Shown: positions 1 to 60,352 of the stretch, piece after piece | Position numbering within the stretch: position 1 is the stretch's first letter | How the letters are laid out: every line of letters starts with the position of its first letter | Source of the DNA: Chrysomallon squamiferum | Taxonomy: Eukaryota > Animalia > Mollusca | DNA length: 64,000 nt | Reading direction: 5' to 3' | Assembly: GCA_012295275.1 (NCBI GenBank) | Contig: CM022674.1 | Span: 12,524,001-12,588,000, forward strand | Made by a program: the position numbers and the translations under genes | The notes under the pieces: model-generated | Databases searched by the model: none | What the model saw: the letters and a program-made list of their open reading frames with translations, nothing else | Told to the model about the DNA's origin: nothing

Positions 1-45802
<45,802 letters not shown>

Positions 45803-46981
45803 CCACTGCTGAACATTAAATAAGTTTTTATTATTTTAGACAAGCAAACAGACATGAAAAGTGATTAGTTGCAGCTGAGAAAAGAACGAAAATAATCTTG
45901 TTGCTCATATAATAAAAGAATGTTGTCTTTGTTTTTTTTTTGGCAGAGTCGATTGTAGGAATTTTTTTTAAATTTTTTTTCCTGTTTGTGTTTTTTTTGG
46001 TTTTTAAAATGAGTGTTTAGGAAAGATTTACCTCATTAAATTCATGTCCATCTAGCAGGATACAATTCTTTTAATAATAACACAATTTAAATGTTTAATA
46101 TTTTTTCTTTCTTTTTTTTCATGATGTCTGTACAGATTTAGACATTTTTTCAAAGCATTTTAGATTTAATAAGAAAAAACTTGTAATCATTTTGATTGAT
46201 CTGGTTAAAATTATAACGCTTTTTAAAATGATATTATTCCAATTTTGTTTTTTATATTTCTCAAAAATGTTTTAAAAATTTGTTTGGAAAAGATTTAATT
46301 TACGTCAAAATTAAATGATCTGGAAAATAAAATAATATAATAAAACTTTTATAGAATAATGTTTCAGAGAGGTTTTAAGTGGATGGAATATATAGGCCTG
46401 ACTGATAGAAAATTTTGTTTGAGCTGTTTTTAAAGAAGAAAATTAAAGCAAGCTTCGAGCAGAATGCACTAACATGTTAAACCAGTCACTCTTCAGTTTT
46501 AGACAAATGTCTTTAGATTGTTATGCATCTCTGCTTCATTTTGTTCAAAAATCACTGTTCTTTTTTTAGCAAGAATGTTTGAAGAGTTTTTATACTGTTT
46601 TTGTTTTACTTAAATATGATCGTGTAAGTTTTGTATTGTAAATAGGTTTTAGCTTTTAGACCAGTGCATTTAGTTCTTTTTTCAAATCTGGCAATATGTC
46701 AATTTTTAATTTTTAAAAAAAATGTTTTAGAAATATATTTAAGTGTTCTTGTCAACTGACTAGTTGAAAATGATACATTTTCTGCTAATTTTGTTTGTTT
46801 TTTCCTAGACCTTTTAAATTATTATATTAAAACATTTTATTATAATTATTACTTTTTATTTTTTATTTATTTTTATTACTTTTTTTTCTAATTTGCATAA
46901 TGCATTTTACATATTATATACTTTGTACAGTTTTATATGTAATATTTTCAGCTGTCTGTAGTCAAATATAAAACAAATATA

Positions 46982-46987
46982 AATAAA
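46982..46987 (+). terminator. Candidate polyadenylation signal for perlecan (about 1.2-kb 3'UTR)
   Basis: AATAAA followed by T/GT-rich sequence. A Pumilio-type TGTAAATA lies upstream at 46637-46644. Other AATAAA hexamers exist nearby, so the choice is uncertain. Confidence 0.35.
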
Positions 46988-49223
46988 AGTAGCATAGTTT
47001 GTTTACATTTATTATCACAAATATAAAGATCAAATGAAGATATTCAAATATTTTATCCTTTTTTTTTCTTTCACCCTTTCTTTGAGAATTGTTTAACTGT
47101 AGTGAATTTCATGAAACAAATAAAATTTAATTGAAATACAGATTAGACGACAAAAAATAATAATCTGAAATCTTCATCTGTGTATTAATATTTTATAAAT
47201 GCATAATAATGAAATGTGTTTTTAATTATTGGAATTACTTGTATTTGTAGCTAGTGGAAGGGTTGGTCAGTTAAACTGTTAAATGTTACTTTTGTCATGT
47301 GTAATTATTTTTAATAATTTCAACTAGAACAACAACAGCAGTTGAAAAAAAAGAAGAAAATCAGTCATTTGAAAAAAATATTAATTATGATGATCATTAT
47401 CATGATGACAGTATTTTAATAATTAGTATGTTATTTCAGTTTGTTGTTTAATACTGATTCATCTGAAAATTTATCCTTGTTAAATGACCAGACTGTATTT
47501 TAGTATTAATTCAGTGCAAGTACTTTTACTGGTTAAAAATTTAACTTGTGTAGTTTAGTACCAGTTCATCTGAGAATTTAACTTTGTTAAATGATAAATC
47601 TGTAGTTTAGAATCAGTTCTTCTTTAACACCTTTGATAATAAATAATTAACTTGCAGTTTAGTACCAGTTGATTTGAGAACACTGTTAAAAGATCAGTTT
47701 GTTGTTTAGTATCGGTTCGTTTGATAACACTGTTAAAAGATCAGTTTGTAGTTTAATACTGGTTCATCTGAGAAACTTTCCAATGTTAACTGACCAGCTT
47801 GTAGTTTAGTACAATGTGATTTGTTGACTCTATACCAAATGGAACCTCAAACCATTTTAATAATACTCCAATAACCAATGGTGCTATGAAAACGGGCAAT
47901 AATAAATCATAGGATATAAAAACGTATCCTATTTGTAGGATATATCAGTATGTCCTATTGCTAGGATATCGTAGGATGTTCCTTTTATTGTCCTTATCAT
48001 GTCTGTTCTGTTTTTCTTTTTTGTATATTTATTGCATAATGTGAATTTTTTTTTTTTTGTGTAATTATTTTCTCCCCTGAACAATATAATCATTAGTGGT
48101 TTGGATAGGTCCAACCCAGACAGGATCTGCATAACAGTTGTAACCATGGAAACAGTAATAGTTGCTTTAAGACTATTTTTTAAATTTACCATTGTTTGTG
48201 CAGTGTTTGTTTTGTTTTGATGAAATTTCATTTGGAAACAAAATAAATAATAAACAGAGCTGATAAAATATAAAATATATATCAACTTATAATGATAATT
48301 TCGATTATAGTAGAACATCAACAACAGCAACAAAAATAACACTTTTTTTACTCAGTTTTCTATTCAGATATTTGGACAGTAAAAAAAGAAGAAATTTTAA
48401 ATTAAAAAGAAAAAAAATCTAAATTTTAAATCATAAACCATATTTCAGAATTTAATAACAAACAAAATCTGTTTAAATAGAATTTTTTTTTTATTATTGT
48501 TATGATCAGAAATAAATATGCTAATAAAGTTATCACTAAATTAAAAAGTATGACAGGATGTTTGGGATAAAAAAAACCCAACAAATGTAACCCTAAACTA
48601 AAAAATATATTATATTTTAAACTAAAAAATTATGATATTTTCAAAAGATAAAATTATTACTAAATTTAAAAAAAAAAAAAAAATTAAAAAAATTTACCAA
48701 ACATTTTAAGGACAAAAAGTAATATTAGTATACTGAAAACTGACAAAATCATTACAAACAAACGAAAGTAATATGAATAAATAAATAAACTGTATTAATG
48801 ACATTATTACTAAACAGAAAAACTGCAACAAGACCTTTACGAACTGTTGTAAAGATTTATATAGAAAAGTAAAAAGGTTGACATGTTTACTGTGCAGTCC
48901 TGTCTGGAGTGCGACTGATTCCTCTTCGACTATCTAGAGCTTCGTGTGTAGCCACAGTTGTAAGTTTAATTGTAAAGTGAAGCCGTATTCCATCTGTTGA
49001 ATATTTAGTATATGTACCAACCACGAGTCACAACGTGGTATTTGTATACACAGAACAACAACAATAACTGTGATCTGATTTCAATAAAAAATTTTATAAC
49101 AAAAAAAAAATCTTTTTTGTGTTGTTTATTTATTTCTGACCTTGTTTGTCAAATCGAGTAATTTTTATAAAAAAATTTGGTTTTGTTTCTTTGTTCTTGA
49201 TTTTGAAAAATGTTGCATAAGAT

Positions 49224-49258
<35 letters not shown>

Positions 49259-50109
49259 CTTTTTATTAAGACTGTGTAAATACCTTTTCTAAATATCTTA
49301 GCAGGACAAAATTTTATTTATAATTAAGAACTGTTACTTTCTGAAATCCAGATTTTAAAAATTACTCAAGAAATATTCTGTTACTACGAATATTCAACTA
49401 GACATATTTGCACCCAAACACATTTATATGGGTTTTGTCTATCATGACATGATACTAGAATGATATGAGTTTTCTCTTTCAGCATATCAGAATGATGAAG
49501 GCATTCTCACAGAATAATAAGCAATTTCTCTTGTATTATTACTTCAGAATTATGAAGGCTTTTCCTCAATGTGAAAAGGTTTTCTTTTATATCATTGCAT
49601 CACAATGACAAGGGCTTTTATATCAGAATTATAAGCATTTTCTCTCTTACATCAGAATGACTGGCTTTTTCTCATAAATCTTGTCAGAGTAATAAGCATT
49701 TCTCTCTCTTTTCTGTGGATTGTGACATTGTAAGCTGAAGCTTATAGATATTATTCTAAACTCTGACTGGTTGTAGTAATCTACATATTTACAATCTACA
49801 ATTACCTTGTCACAAATCTGTCAAACAACATTCAATCAGCTGACATACTGTTGTCATTAATACTCCTTCTGCAGAAGACTTAATACAGCTGGTTCTAGGC
49901 ATACCTTTTTATGATTAATATTTTTATTTATGGATCTACTTTACAAAAATAATTTTCTGGTGGATAAAAGAGTTGTTTACTAATTAGAAATAAATAAATA
50001 CAGCCATAATAAATATTTAAATTATTAAAATTTATTAAGCCACAGTTCGTTGCAAATTAATAGTAAACATTTTAAATGTAAGATCCAATTGATTTCCTTG
50101 TTGTAAACG

Positions 50110-50962
50110 ATTCATAATAAAGTTACGTAGGTGGCGTTCTTGTATTAAAGTTATTTTATTGTTGTTCTTGTATTAAAGCTACATTAACGGAGCTCGTGCA
50201 TTAAAGCTAGGTTATGGTATTTCACAAATTAAAGTTAGTAGTGTTCCTTTATTAAAATTACGTTAGTGGCGTTCCTGGATTAAAGTTACGTTATTGTAGT
50301 TCACAAATTAAAGTTACCTAAAGTATTCCTCTATTAAAGTTACGTTATTGGTATTCCTGTATTAAAGTTACTTTAGTGTTGTTCCTTTATTAAAGTCACG
50401 TTAGTGGTGCTTCAGTATTAAAGGTACATTAATGGTTACCTAAAGTATTCCTTTATTAACGTTTAGTGATGTTCTAGTATTAAAGTTACGTTATTTTGTT
50501 CACAAATTAAAGTTACGTTAGTGTTGTTCCTGTATTAAAATTACGTATTGTTTTTGTATTAAAGTTACGTTACTGCAGTTCACAAATTAAAGTTACCTAA
50601 AGTATTCTATTATTAAGGTTACGTTAATGATGTTCTAGTATTAAAGTTACGTTAGTGATGTTCTTGTATTAAAATTACGTATTGTTCTTGTATTAAAGTT
50701 ATGTTATTGTAGTTCACAAATTAAGGTTAAGAGTGTGTCCTGTATTAAAGTTACGTTACTGTAGTTCACAAATCAAAGTCACATTAGTGGTGATCCTGAA
50801 TGAAAGTTGCGTTGGTGGTATTTCTGTATTAAAGTTACGTATTGTTCTTGATTAAAGTTACATTAATAGTGTTCCTGTATCATAATTACGTTATTGTAGT
50901 TCACAAGTTAAAGTTACGTTAGTGGTGTTCCTGTGTTAAAGTTACGTTATTGTAGTTCAAAT
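50110..50962. repeat. Intergenic satellite, about 26-29 bp unit (attaaagttacgttagtggtgttcctgt)
   Basis: About 30 diverged tandem copies with no unique spacers. Confidence 0.9.
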
Positions 50963-53159
50963 TAGTAATTTTGGAAAATGAGGTTATAATAGTTTCAAAA
51001 CATAAAGTACTTTAATACAGTTCACAAACAATTAAAGTACATCAGTTAGGTTCAAAAAGACAATTGGTTTCATTGATAAAACTGAAAACGAAAAGATAAA
51101 ATAAATATTTGAGTAATTTGTTGTTTTGCACTGTTTTCGATCTTAACAAAATGAGAGAGGAAACCCAGCAGACGGAATTTTTAAATGCATACTCGTCTGA
51201 CAGTCCGTTCATCCACATGTCTGTTTCTCAGTCTGTCTGACTCTGTTTATCTGTATATACCAACCTACTTGCTGATGTATCTATTTAAATGCGTAGGAAA
51301 GAATTATGTATGAATGTATGAATGAATGGGTGTGTCTCTCTCTCTTTATCCATTCATCCGTCTATCCATACATCTGTCTATATGTATGTCCTTCTCTCTT
51401 GTCTTTCTGACTATCTATATTTATATCTGTCTGTCTGTCTTTCTATCGATCTATCTATCTGTCTGTTTATTGGCATTATTAAATATTTACAGTGCCTTTC
51501 AAGTGACAACAATACCATAAACACAGTTCCTGTGAACTAATTGATATAAACTTCTAATTCAGTCCTCTTTCTTTTTTTCTTTTTTTTATTTCTCCGAAGA
51601 ATTACTTTTAGCTATTGTTGGCTTACTCGTCAATAAAAAGTAATACATCGACTTCTTTTTGTTGTATACTATCTTATATCAATGTGTATCTTACGGTAGA
51701 ATAAACAGAGATTTTCCCATTGTTATCTCATCCTGATTGACTGATTGACTAATAAGTCATCACAAAAATCTATAAAAACACGACGCGTAACTGATCTAAA
51801 AATCAAAAAAAAAAAGAAGATAATTTTATATATGAAGATTTTTTTTCTTTTTCTTTCATTAACTTTAACCGAGGCGCGAATCAACGGACAATTTTAGGGT
51901 GTCACAAAAACCACACCTAAAAACAGATACATATATGTGTCCCGATCCACCTATCACCCCACACACACACACACACAAAGACACATACAGACATAAATGC
52001 GTGAATACCCAGGTCCCTATATGCATAAAAACGTCCCTATATACATACATACATACATAAATACATGAATACTCATGTCCCTATATATACAGAAAAATAA
52101 ACACATACAACATACATGGATATATACACATAAATGGCGAACTTACATTTTGGGGGCCATTCGCAAGTAGCAGCGACATCTGGGTACTAATCTTCTGTTC
52201 CATGACAAGTTTTAAAAAGTTCGAGGCATCAGGGATCAAAGGCCCCTGGAGCTTAAATTTCATTAATTTTTAAACTTCATAAATCATAAATGAAGCTTAA
52301 ACTTCATTAATTTTAAATCAGACCCGCCCCTCTTGTATGTGGGTGGGTGTAAATCGTCAGACGAACCAAGATTGTTCTTTAAGCTTTATTGTAACAATAT
52401 TATTATTACTACTGAACTAAGATTTTAAACAATATTTGATAATGATCATTATTTTTTAGCGTTTCATCTGCATTACTCACGGTTGCTAATGTGCATCACT
52501 TTTCAGAAATTAATGCTTAGACCTGTTGACACTAAATATAAATAAATAATCGTATTTAACAATGAGTTCGTATGGAATGATTCTGTTAATTATCATCACA
52601 TGTAGCAGTTATTAACGAACAAATACATCTGACGTTGGTGATTGGGCTTTGTCCTCGTGCGACAGTGCGTTGCCGAAGAGCGTCCGTGTGCAGATATTTG
52701 TACGTAAGAAACATCACATTTTTGCAGGTTTTGAAAATTTCGAAATCTTCATATTCGCAAGAAAATTCTAAATTTGCTGTCGGATTTGAAATTGATAAAT
52801 TCTGTAATCATCACAGTTTTGATCAATACATCAGAAAAAGAAAAGAAAAAAGTAAAAAGAAAAAGAAAATTTTCATTTATTTTCAAAGTAACAGAAAACT
52901 CGTTGTATTTTCGTTAGAAACATTTTTTCATTGTTAACAGTTAAAATGTTGTGATCATTACAAAACTGGGAAATACAGAAGAAAAAAGAAAAATTGTTTA
53001 ATCAGATTTCGTCAGAAAGACCGGAAAAGTGGAACTCCTGTTTGACAATACTAATCCGACTGAACAAATCTGAAAACGAACAGTGATTATAAATAAAATT
53101 AATTTATCCAAAAAAAAAAAAAGAAAGAAAAAAAGGTAAACATTTAAAAAGAAATAACA

Positions 53160-53516
53160 ATGGTACTCTATCAGGATATGGTGTTCACTCTAACACTACT
53201 TACAGCTGTGGCGGGATTTTCGTTTGATGACGTAATAAAGTCGCGTGAACTGCGAGGGTCAGAATTTGCTGTTGGAAGTGTGAAGAATTATTTTCAGTGT
53301 AAGAATTTATGTGACTCCCGGCCTGCGTGCAGAGCGTTCAACTACAACACGAAAACAAGAGAATGTGTTTCCAACTTGCTCGACACAGCGACGTCCGTGA
53401 CAGAGTCATTGCAACCAGCGAAAGACGTCGTGTTTGCAGAAAAACGTTCCATGAAGGTAACACGTAATGCACCTAAATATAGAAAGTACGTAGAAAAATA
53501 AAACAAAAAACCCCAG

Positions 53517-53559
<43 letters not shown>

Positions 53560-56500
53560 TGCGTATATACATATTTATATACATACAAAAATAGATACAT
53601 ACAGACATACACACACATACATACATACATACATACACACACACATACAGACATACACACACATACATACATACACACATACATACATACATAACACACA
53701 TACATACACACATACATACATACACACACACAAATACATACACACATCACACACATACATACAGACATACATACACATACATACATACACACACACACAT
53801 ACATACATACACACATACATACACACACATACATACATACATACACACACACATACATACACACACATACATACACACACACATACATACATACATACAC
53901 ACATACATACATACACACACACATACATACATACACAGACACACATACACACACACATACATACATAGACACATACACACACACACACACATACATACAC
54001 ACATACATACATACATAGATACATACATACATACATACACAGACATACATACACACATAAATACATCCACACATACATACACGGGCCAGCGTTACCATTT
54101 AGGAAAACTATACAGCCGCATTTCTCCAAATCAACAATAGTTTTTGAAAAATAAATAAATAAATTTCAGTTTTATTGAAGGTCGTTTTTTTATCCTCGTT
54201 TATTTCAAACAAGGACTTTAATCGGGTAGATTCGGTCTGACCGAAAGACGAGCCGTACACGAATCTTTCAGGTCATAATTATGTTCGCGTTTTTAACAGG
54301 CCACGAGTTTTTCCGTAGAATTACGAGAATATTCAAAATCCTAAAATACACACAAATATACAAAATTCATTTATTTAGTTGTTTATTATTATTATTACTG
54401 TAGTAATTTCTTTTTTTCTACTTTAGAAATTTATGGTGAAAACAAAATACTGAAACAGTATGATCCATTTTTATGCCGTTATCAGTTTTATTATTGTTGT
54501 TTGTCGATATTCTTGAGTGACACGTGTAAAAACAGACACATTTAATGCCCTTTTTTCTACATAGTTTTCACAGTCTGTTTAGTTTCATTATTTTATCAAC
54601 CTTAACCATTTACTGTGAAACATTCTGTTTCAGGAAAACGACATTTGTTCTGATAAAAACTGTGAAGCTTCACAAATTTGTGTTCAGATCGCGTCTGACA
54701 GAACATGCCTTGAAGAAAGTATGTGTTATTTATGTCGTCGTTGTGGTTAATACTGTTGTCATTTCGATGATGTTGTTGTTGTTTTAGTGCTGCTTTGTTA
54801 TTTTCCTTTAAAATCTCTCTTTAAATTATTTTTTTCCAGTTCAAACAAGCTTTCTTATAAATTTATTTGTCTTGTTAAGTTTTTGTTTGATGAACCAAAA
54901 ACAAGAAAAACTGTGTTACTGATATTATTATTATAACGATTATGATGATGATGATAATAATGACGAAAATAATTTGTTTTGGAGAAAAAAAAATACAGTA
55001 AAATGAAAAATAAAATAAAATAAGAAATAAGAAAAAATAAAATAAAGTAAAATGAAAAATAAAATAAAATAAGAATTAAAAATAAAAACAAAAATAAAAT
55101 AAGAAATAAATTAAAATAAAAATGTTTCGAGTAACTCACCTTTGTCATAATAAAAAATACCAGTTTGCTCGGATGTTAATTAATAATTTTATTATTTTAG
55201 TCATCTGTAAAATTCCTCGCATAAAATTTGGAACATTTATCTCCGATAATCTGATTCTGGGCAGCCGTGGCTCAGTCAGGTGTGACGAATACTTCCGGTT
55301 CTTCGGAGACAGCAATTCAGCGCGGTGTGAATCGACTGGGGTTTTCAGTGGACTTCATGGCGACTGTAAACAAGTGATATGGATAAATGAGGTGATTACT
55401 TTATTTATTTATTTGCATATATAAACGCATGTTTATCCTTTTTTACCCCATTTTTCTTTTTTCAATTTACCAAAAAAATCGCCTATAATTTAAAAAAAAA
55501 AAAATTTATAAAAAAAAAATATTTTACATTTGAATATATTTTTTTAACTTATTTTTTCATTCTTGCTTTATTCATTTATGAAAATAATTTTTATTATATT
55601 TTTTTATAACTCTGTTATATTCATTTTTTTTTTTAAACTTTCCATATAAATGGTTCAGTACCTGTATATTTAAACAGAAATACAGAGAAAGATTGATAAA
55701 GACACAGATATTGCAATACAAACAGAAGAATATATCTATATCTATATCTATCTATCTATCTGTCTATCTATCTATGTAGATATATATATTTCTATATATG
55801 GGTCATTCCATGTCAAATCGCCCCCCCCCCCAAAAAGAAATCTAAACCCGACCGTCTCAGATTTTTATAAAACTTGGTATACTTGTTGACTGGGATCCCA
55901 CAGCACCAAATCTGAAATTTTAGCTCAATCAGACCAGTGGTGTGGGAGATATGGCCCACCGAATTTTGAGATTTTTGGCAAAAATGGGCGTGACCACCAA
56001 CCTTTGAACCCTCATATCTCAGGAACTACTGGGCCAATCTTCATAAAATTGGTATTGTTGAAAAGGCAATATGACAAGGATTCCAAATCTGCCATTTTTG
56101 TAATAATTTTTGTTAAGCCACAATATAGATTTTTCAGGTTTTAGTTAATCAGATGTTAATGGCCGAAAATGTTATTTTCATGTATGTGCATTTTTTAAAT
56201 CTATATTGTGGCTAAACAAAAAATATTACACCCAGGAAACTTTTATATGTTTTAGTTAACATGTGGGAGATTAAATTTCAATAAAGGTTATCTCAAGGTC
56301 ACGTGATCCACACGGTCAATTTCAAGGTCATAGCAAAGGTCAAAAGATTTGGAATCCTTGTCACATTGCCTTTTCAACAGTACCAATTGTATGAAGATTG
56401 GCCCAGTAGTTCCTGAGATATGAGGGTTCAAAGGTTGGTGGTCACGCCCATTTTTGCCAAAAATCTCAAAATTTGATGGGCCTTATCTCCCACACCACTG

Positions 56501-57182
56501 GTCTGATTGGGCTAATATTTGGTGCTGTGGGATCCCAGTCAACAAGTATACCAAGTTTCATAAAAATCTGAGATGGTCAGGTTTAACCCATTGGGTGATT
56601 TGACACGGAATGACCCATATATATAAGAGAATGAGAGAGGGGATAGAGCCACACAAAGAGAGATTACAGACAGACAGACAGGTATATAAAAAGGATAAAT
56701 AAACATTTAAACAGACAGACGGACAGACATATGAAAAAGTTAAATGTTTTTTTTTTAAAGTCTACACCACTGATTGCTTTTCTGCCTGAACCAATCAGAG
56801 ATGGCTGGCAAATGTTACTGGAAGGAACAGTTGGAATAACTAATACAAGGTAAATGTGTGTGTAAGTGTCTGTGTGTCTGTGTGTCTGTATGTATGCATG
56901 TTTTTACATGTGTGTATGTATGTAATAATGTATGTGTATATATACTTATGTATGTATATGTTGTACATAATGTGTGAATATGTGTATGTGTGTGTGTATT
57001 TATGTATGTGTATAATGTGTTTATGTACATAGGTATGAGTGTATGTATGTGTATGTATGTTTGTATATATGTGTGTATGTGTATGTATGTGTCCTTACGT
57101 ATGTACATATGTATCAGTATGCAGACACACAATAAACATACATTATTTAACACGTATGTGTATGTATGTATGAATGTGTATA

Positions 57183-57221
<39 letters not shown>

Positions 57222-59343
57222 ATATGTGTATATGCATAGGTTAATGTAATGTGTGTCTGTCTGTCTGTTTATATTTCAGTGTTTATTGTTTTACAGTTTC
57301 GACGTGAATTTTAAGGGAGAAAACGACGTGTATTACTTTCACATGGACGGCAGATTTAACAAGAAGGGTGACAAAAAGACAGTTGTTTTCAACTACAAAT
57401 TAAATACATGGAGTAAACAGTCTGTAAGAATAGAGACAAATTTTCCTTTTAAACTAGGCACTCGTTTCAAACTCCGAATTCTGGTAAAAGGGAACACAGT
57501 GGAGGTAAAATATTCAGGCTTCATTTATATTTATGTATCAGTGGTCTCGCCAGCTTTTCTGAAAGAGATGGTGGGAATCTAGTGCAAGTTAAACAAAGGG
57601 ATGGTACTGAACATTTTCAGAGTACAAGTACTTTGAACAATGTTCAAATTATTTTGTTTGTCAAAAATAGATAATAAATAATTGCATCAAATGCATAAAC
57701 TATTAACAAGTTTATTTTATTTGCAATTAAATAAAATCAAAGTGTCTGCTGCCAGCGAGTTTTGTCTGGTTGTTCTGTGATTTATATTCTTTACATGAAT
57801 ATATTTATAGAAAATAATATATATGTGTGTGAAGTGTGAAATATATCTATATATAAAATACATACACAGATGTATAATGAATATTTTTTGTGCAATCTTA
57901 ACAATTATTTTTATATTGTGCGGATCGAAAGATGACAACAATATTTTTAAAAGTTGTTTATATATCTAGGATAACATAATTATTATACAGGTGCATGTTT
58001 AAAAATTTGTAGCAATCATTGAAATTCATGCGCAATAGTTTAGCCAAACAGCGCCTGCTACAGTTACCTTGATTATACAGGCATCGAGAGTAGCAGCAGA
58101 TTTCATAGGAATAGGATTGCATCCCTTTGTAAATATGACAGTCATTGCTTTGGATTACATCTATTTTGTTTAAGGACAAAACAAGTGAACTGCTGATAGC
58201 AAAACTACAAAACAATGGCATGAGAGCCAGTCTAAATAAATGGGTGGTGGATATTGCTGCCGTTGCTGACAAATGGCAGGCAAACCATTCGTAAGGTGTA
58301 ACTGATGATAGGCCCACCATCTCTTATAGTATGCAGCGAGACCTCTGTGTATGTATAATGTGTATGTATATGTGTAGTGTATATATGTAATATATATTTA
58401 TAGTGTGTATATTTTGTGTAGTATTTATGTGTACTGGATGTATGTGGGGTATATGTGCATATACGTAATGATATGTGCATATACGTAATGATGTGTGCAT
58501 TCATATATATTTATATACAACTGCGTGTATGTATGTGTATATATATAATGTATATGTGTATGTATAGTCTATATGTATATTGCATATGTGTATATAGTGT
58601 ATATATATATATGTGTGTGTGTAGATATATATATGTGAATATCAGTAAGTGCATTGTAGTATGTATATACATATATGTGTATTGTGTAATGTACATGTGT
58701 TTATGTATATTGTATATGTTTAATGTGCATACATTTATATGCAGTGTATATGTAATGTATAATTATAGGGTATATGTGTCTATGCATAGTTTACATGTGT
58801 ATGTAAATGGTATCTGTATTTGTAGGGTATATGTATGTGTGTGTGTGTGTGTGTGTATGTAGTTTACATGTGAATGTGAAGGGTATATGTGTGTATACAT
58901 ATAGTTTACATGTGAAGGGTATATGTGTGTATACATATAGTTTACATGTGAAGGGTATATGTGTATACATATAGTTTACATGTGAATGTGAAGGGTATAT
59001 GTGTGTATACATATAGTTTACATGTGAAGGGTGTATGTGTGTATACATATAGTTTACATGTGAATGTGAAGGGTATATGTGTGTATACATATAGTTTACA
59101 TGTGAATGTGAAGGGTATATGTGTATATACATGTAGTTTACATATCAGTGTGAAAGGTATTTGTGTATATGTAGGTTTATGTATAAATGTATAAAGGTGT
59201 AGTTTATATTGTGTGTTTAGGATATTTGTGCATATGTTTAGTGTGTTGTAGTCTATGTGTATGTGCAATATATATATATATATGTATGTATAGATAGTGT
59301 GTATGTCTAGTATATATGTATGTATAGTTTATGCATATGTGTA

Positions 59344-59404
<61 letters not shown>

Positions 59405-59763
59405 TATATATAGATATGTGTGTGTATGTATGTATGTATTTTATGATTTTGAATATTCTCTGTTTTATGTACGTCTGATCAGACATAGACAACATTCAGG
59501 AATGCACTGGCCACAGAAAGACGATATCCGAGTGTGTGTATGTTTGTATGTCTGTCTGTATATATGTATATATGTATGTATGTGAATATGCTTAAATATG
59601 TATGTACATAAGAATGTGTGTGTGTGTGTGTTTACATATGTATGACCTTTTTATCGTTTGTTTTTCTAAGTACATTTATATTTCTGCATATATGTATGTA
59701 TGCATGTATATATGTGTAGTGTAAATGTTTATGTGTAGTATGTGTATGTGTGGTGTATATGAC

Positions 59764-59794
<31 letters not shown>

Positions 59795-60320
59795 TTCATA
59801 TGCATATCTGTATTGTATATGTGTATCTGTAGTATATATGTTTAAGTAGTAATATATATATTTGAATGTGTAGTATTTGTGTACGTGTAGTGTAATATAT
59901 GTTTAGGTGTAGTACACATGTGTATAATTATGTAGAATATGTACATTTGTAATGTATATGTATAGTATATATGTGTATCTGCAGTGTAGTGTATGTGAGT
60001 ATGTGTAAACATGTACATCATAATTGTACACATACATAGACACAAATACATAAAAGGACACTTACATACATAATAAACATATATGCATATATAAATATAT
60101 ACAGATATACACATACATGAGTAGATATATTTATTGTTTATTGATATATACATACACGACACGCAGATTATGTTTTATCTTTATACATATATATACATAT
60201 GTACATCCATCCACACAACAATAATCATAACCATAATAATATTAATATCAACAACAATAATAACAGCAGTAATATCACTACTACTACTACTATTATTACT
60301 ATTACTACTATTACTACTGT

Positions 60321-60352
<32 letters not shown>

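Noticed and set aside
47929-48342. 137-aa minus-strand ORF and adjacent hydrophobic 50-codon frame
   Set aside because: No recognisable domain, low-complexity ends and no consistent splice sites.
50110-50962. Array of about 28-bp units resembling CRISPR
   Set aside because: Units are contiguous and diverged with no unique spacers, there are no cas genes, and the context is eukaryotic.
51865-52335. GC-rich patches (ggcgaact...gggggcc, agacccgcccct) and a 60-aa minus-strand ORF with a gtaagt donor-like site
   Set aside because: They look like decayed non-autonomous TE ends, but I could not define TIRs/TSDs or a partner exon.
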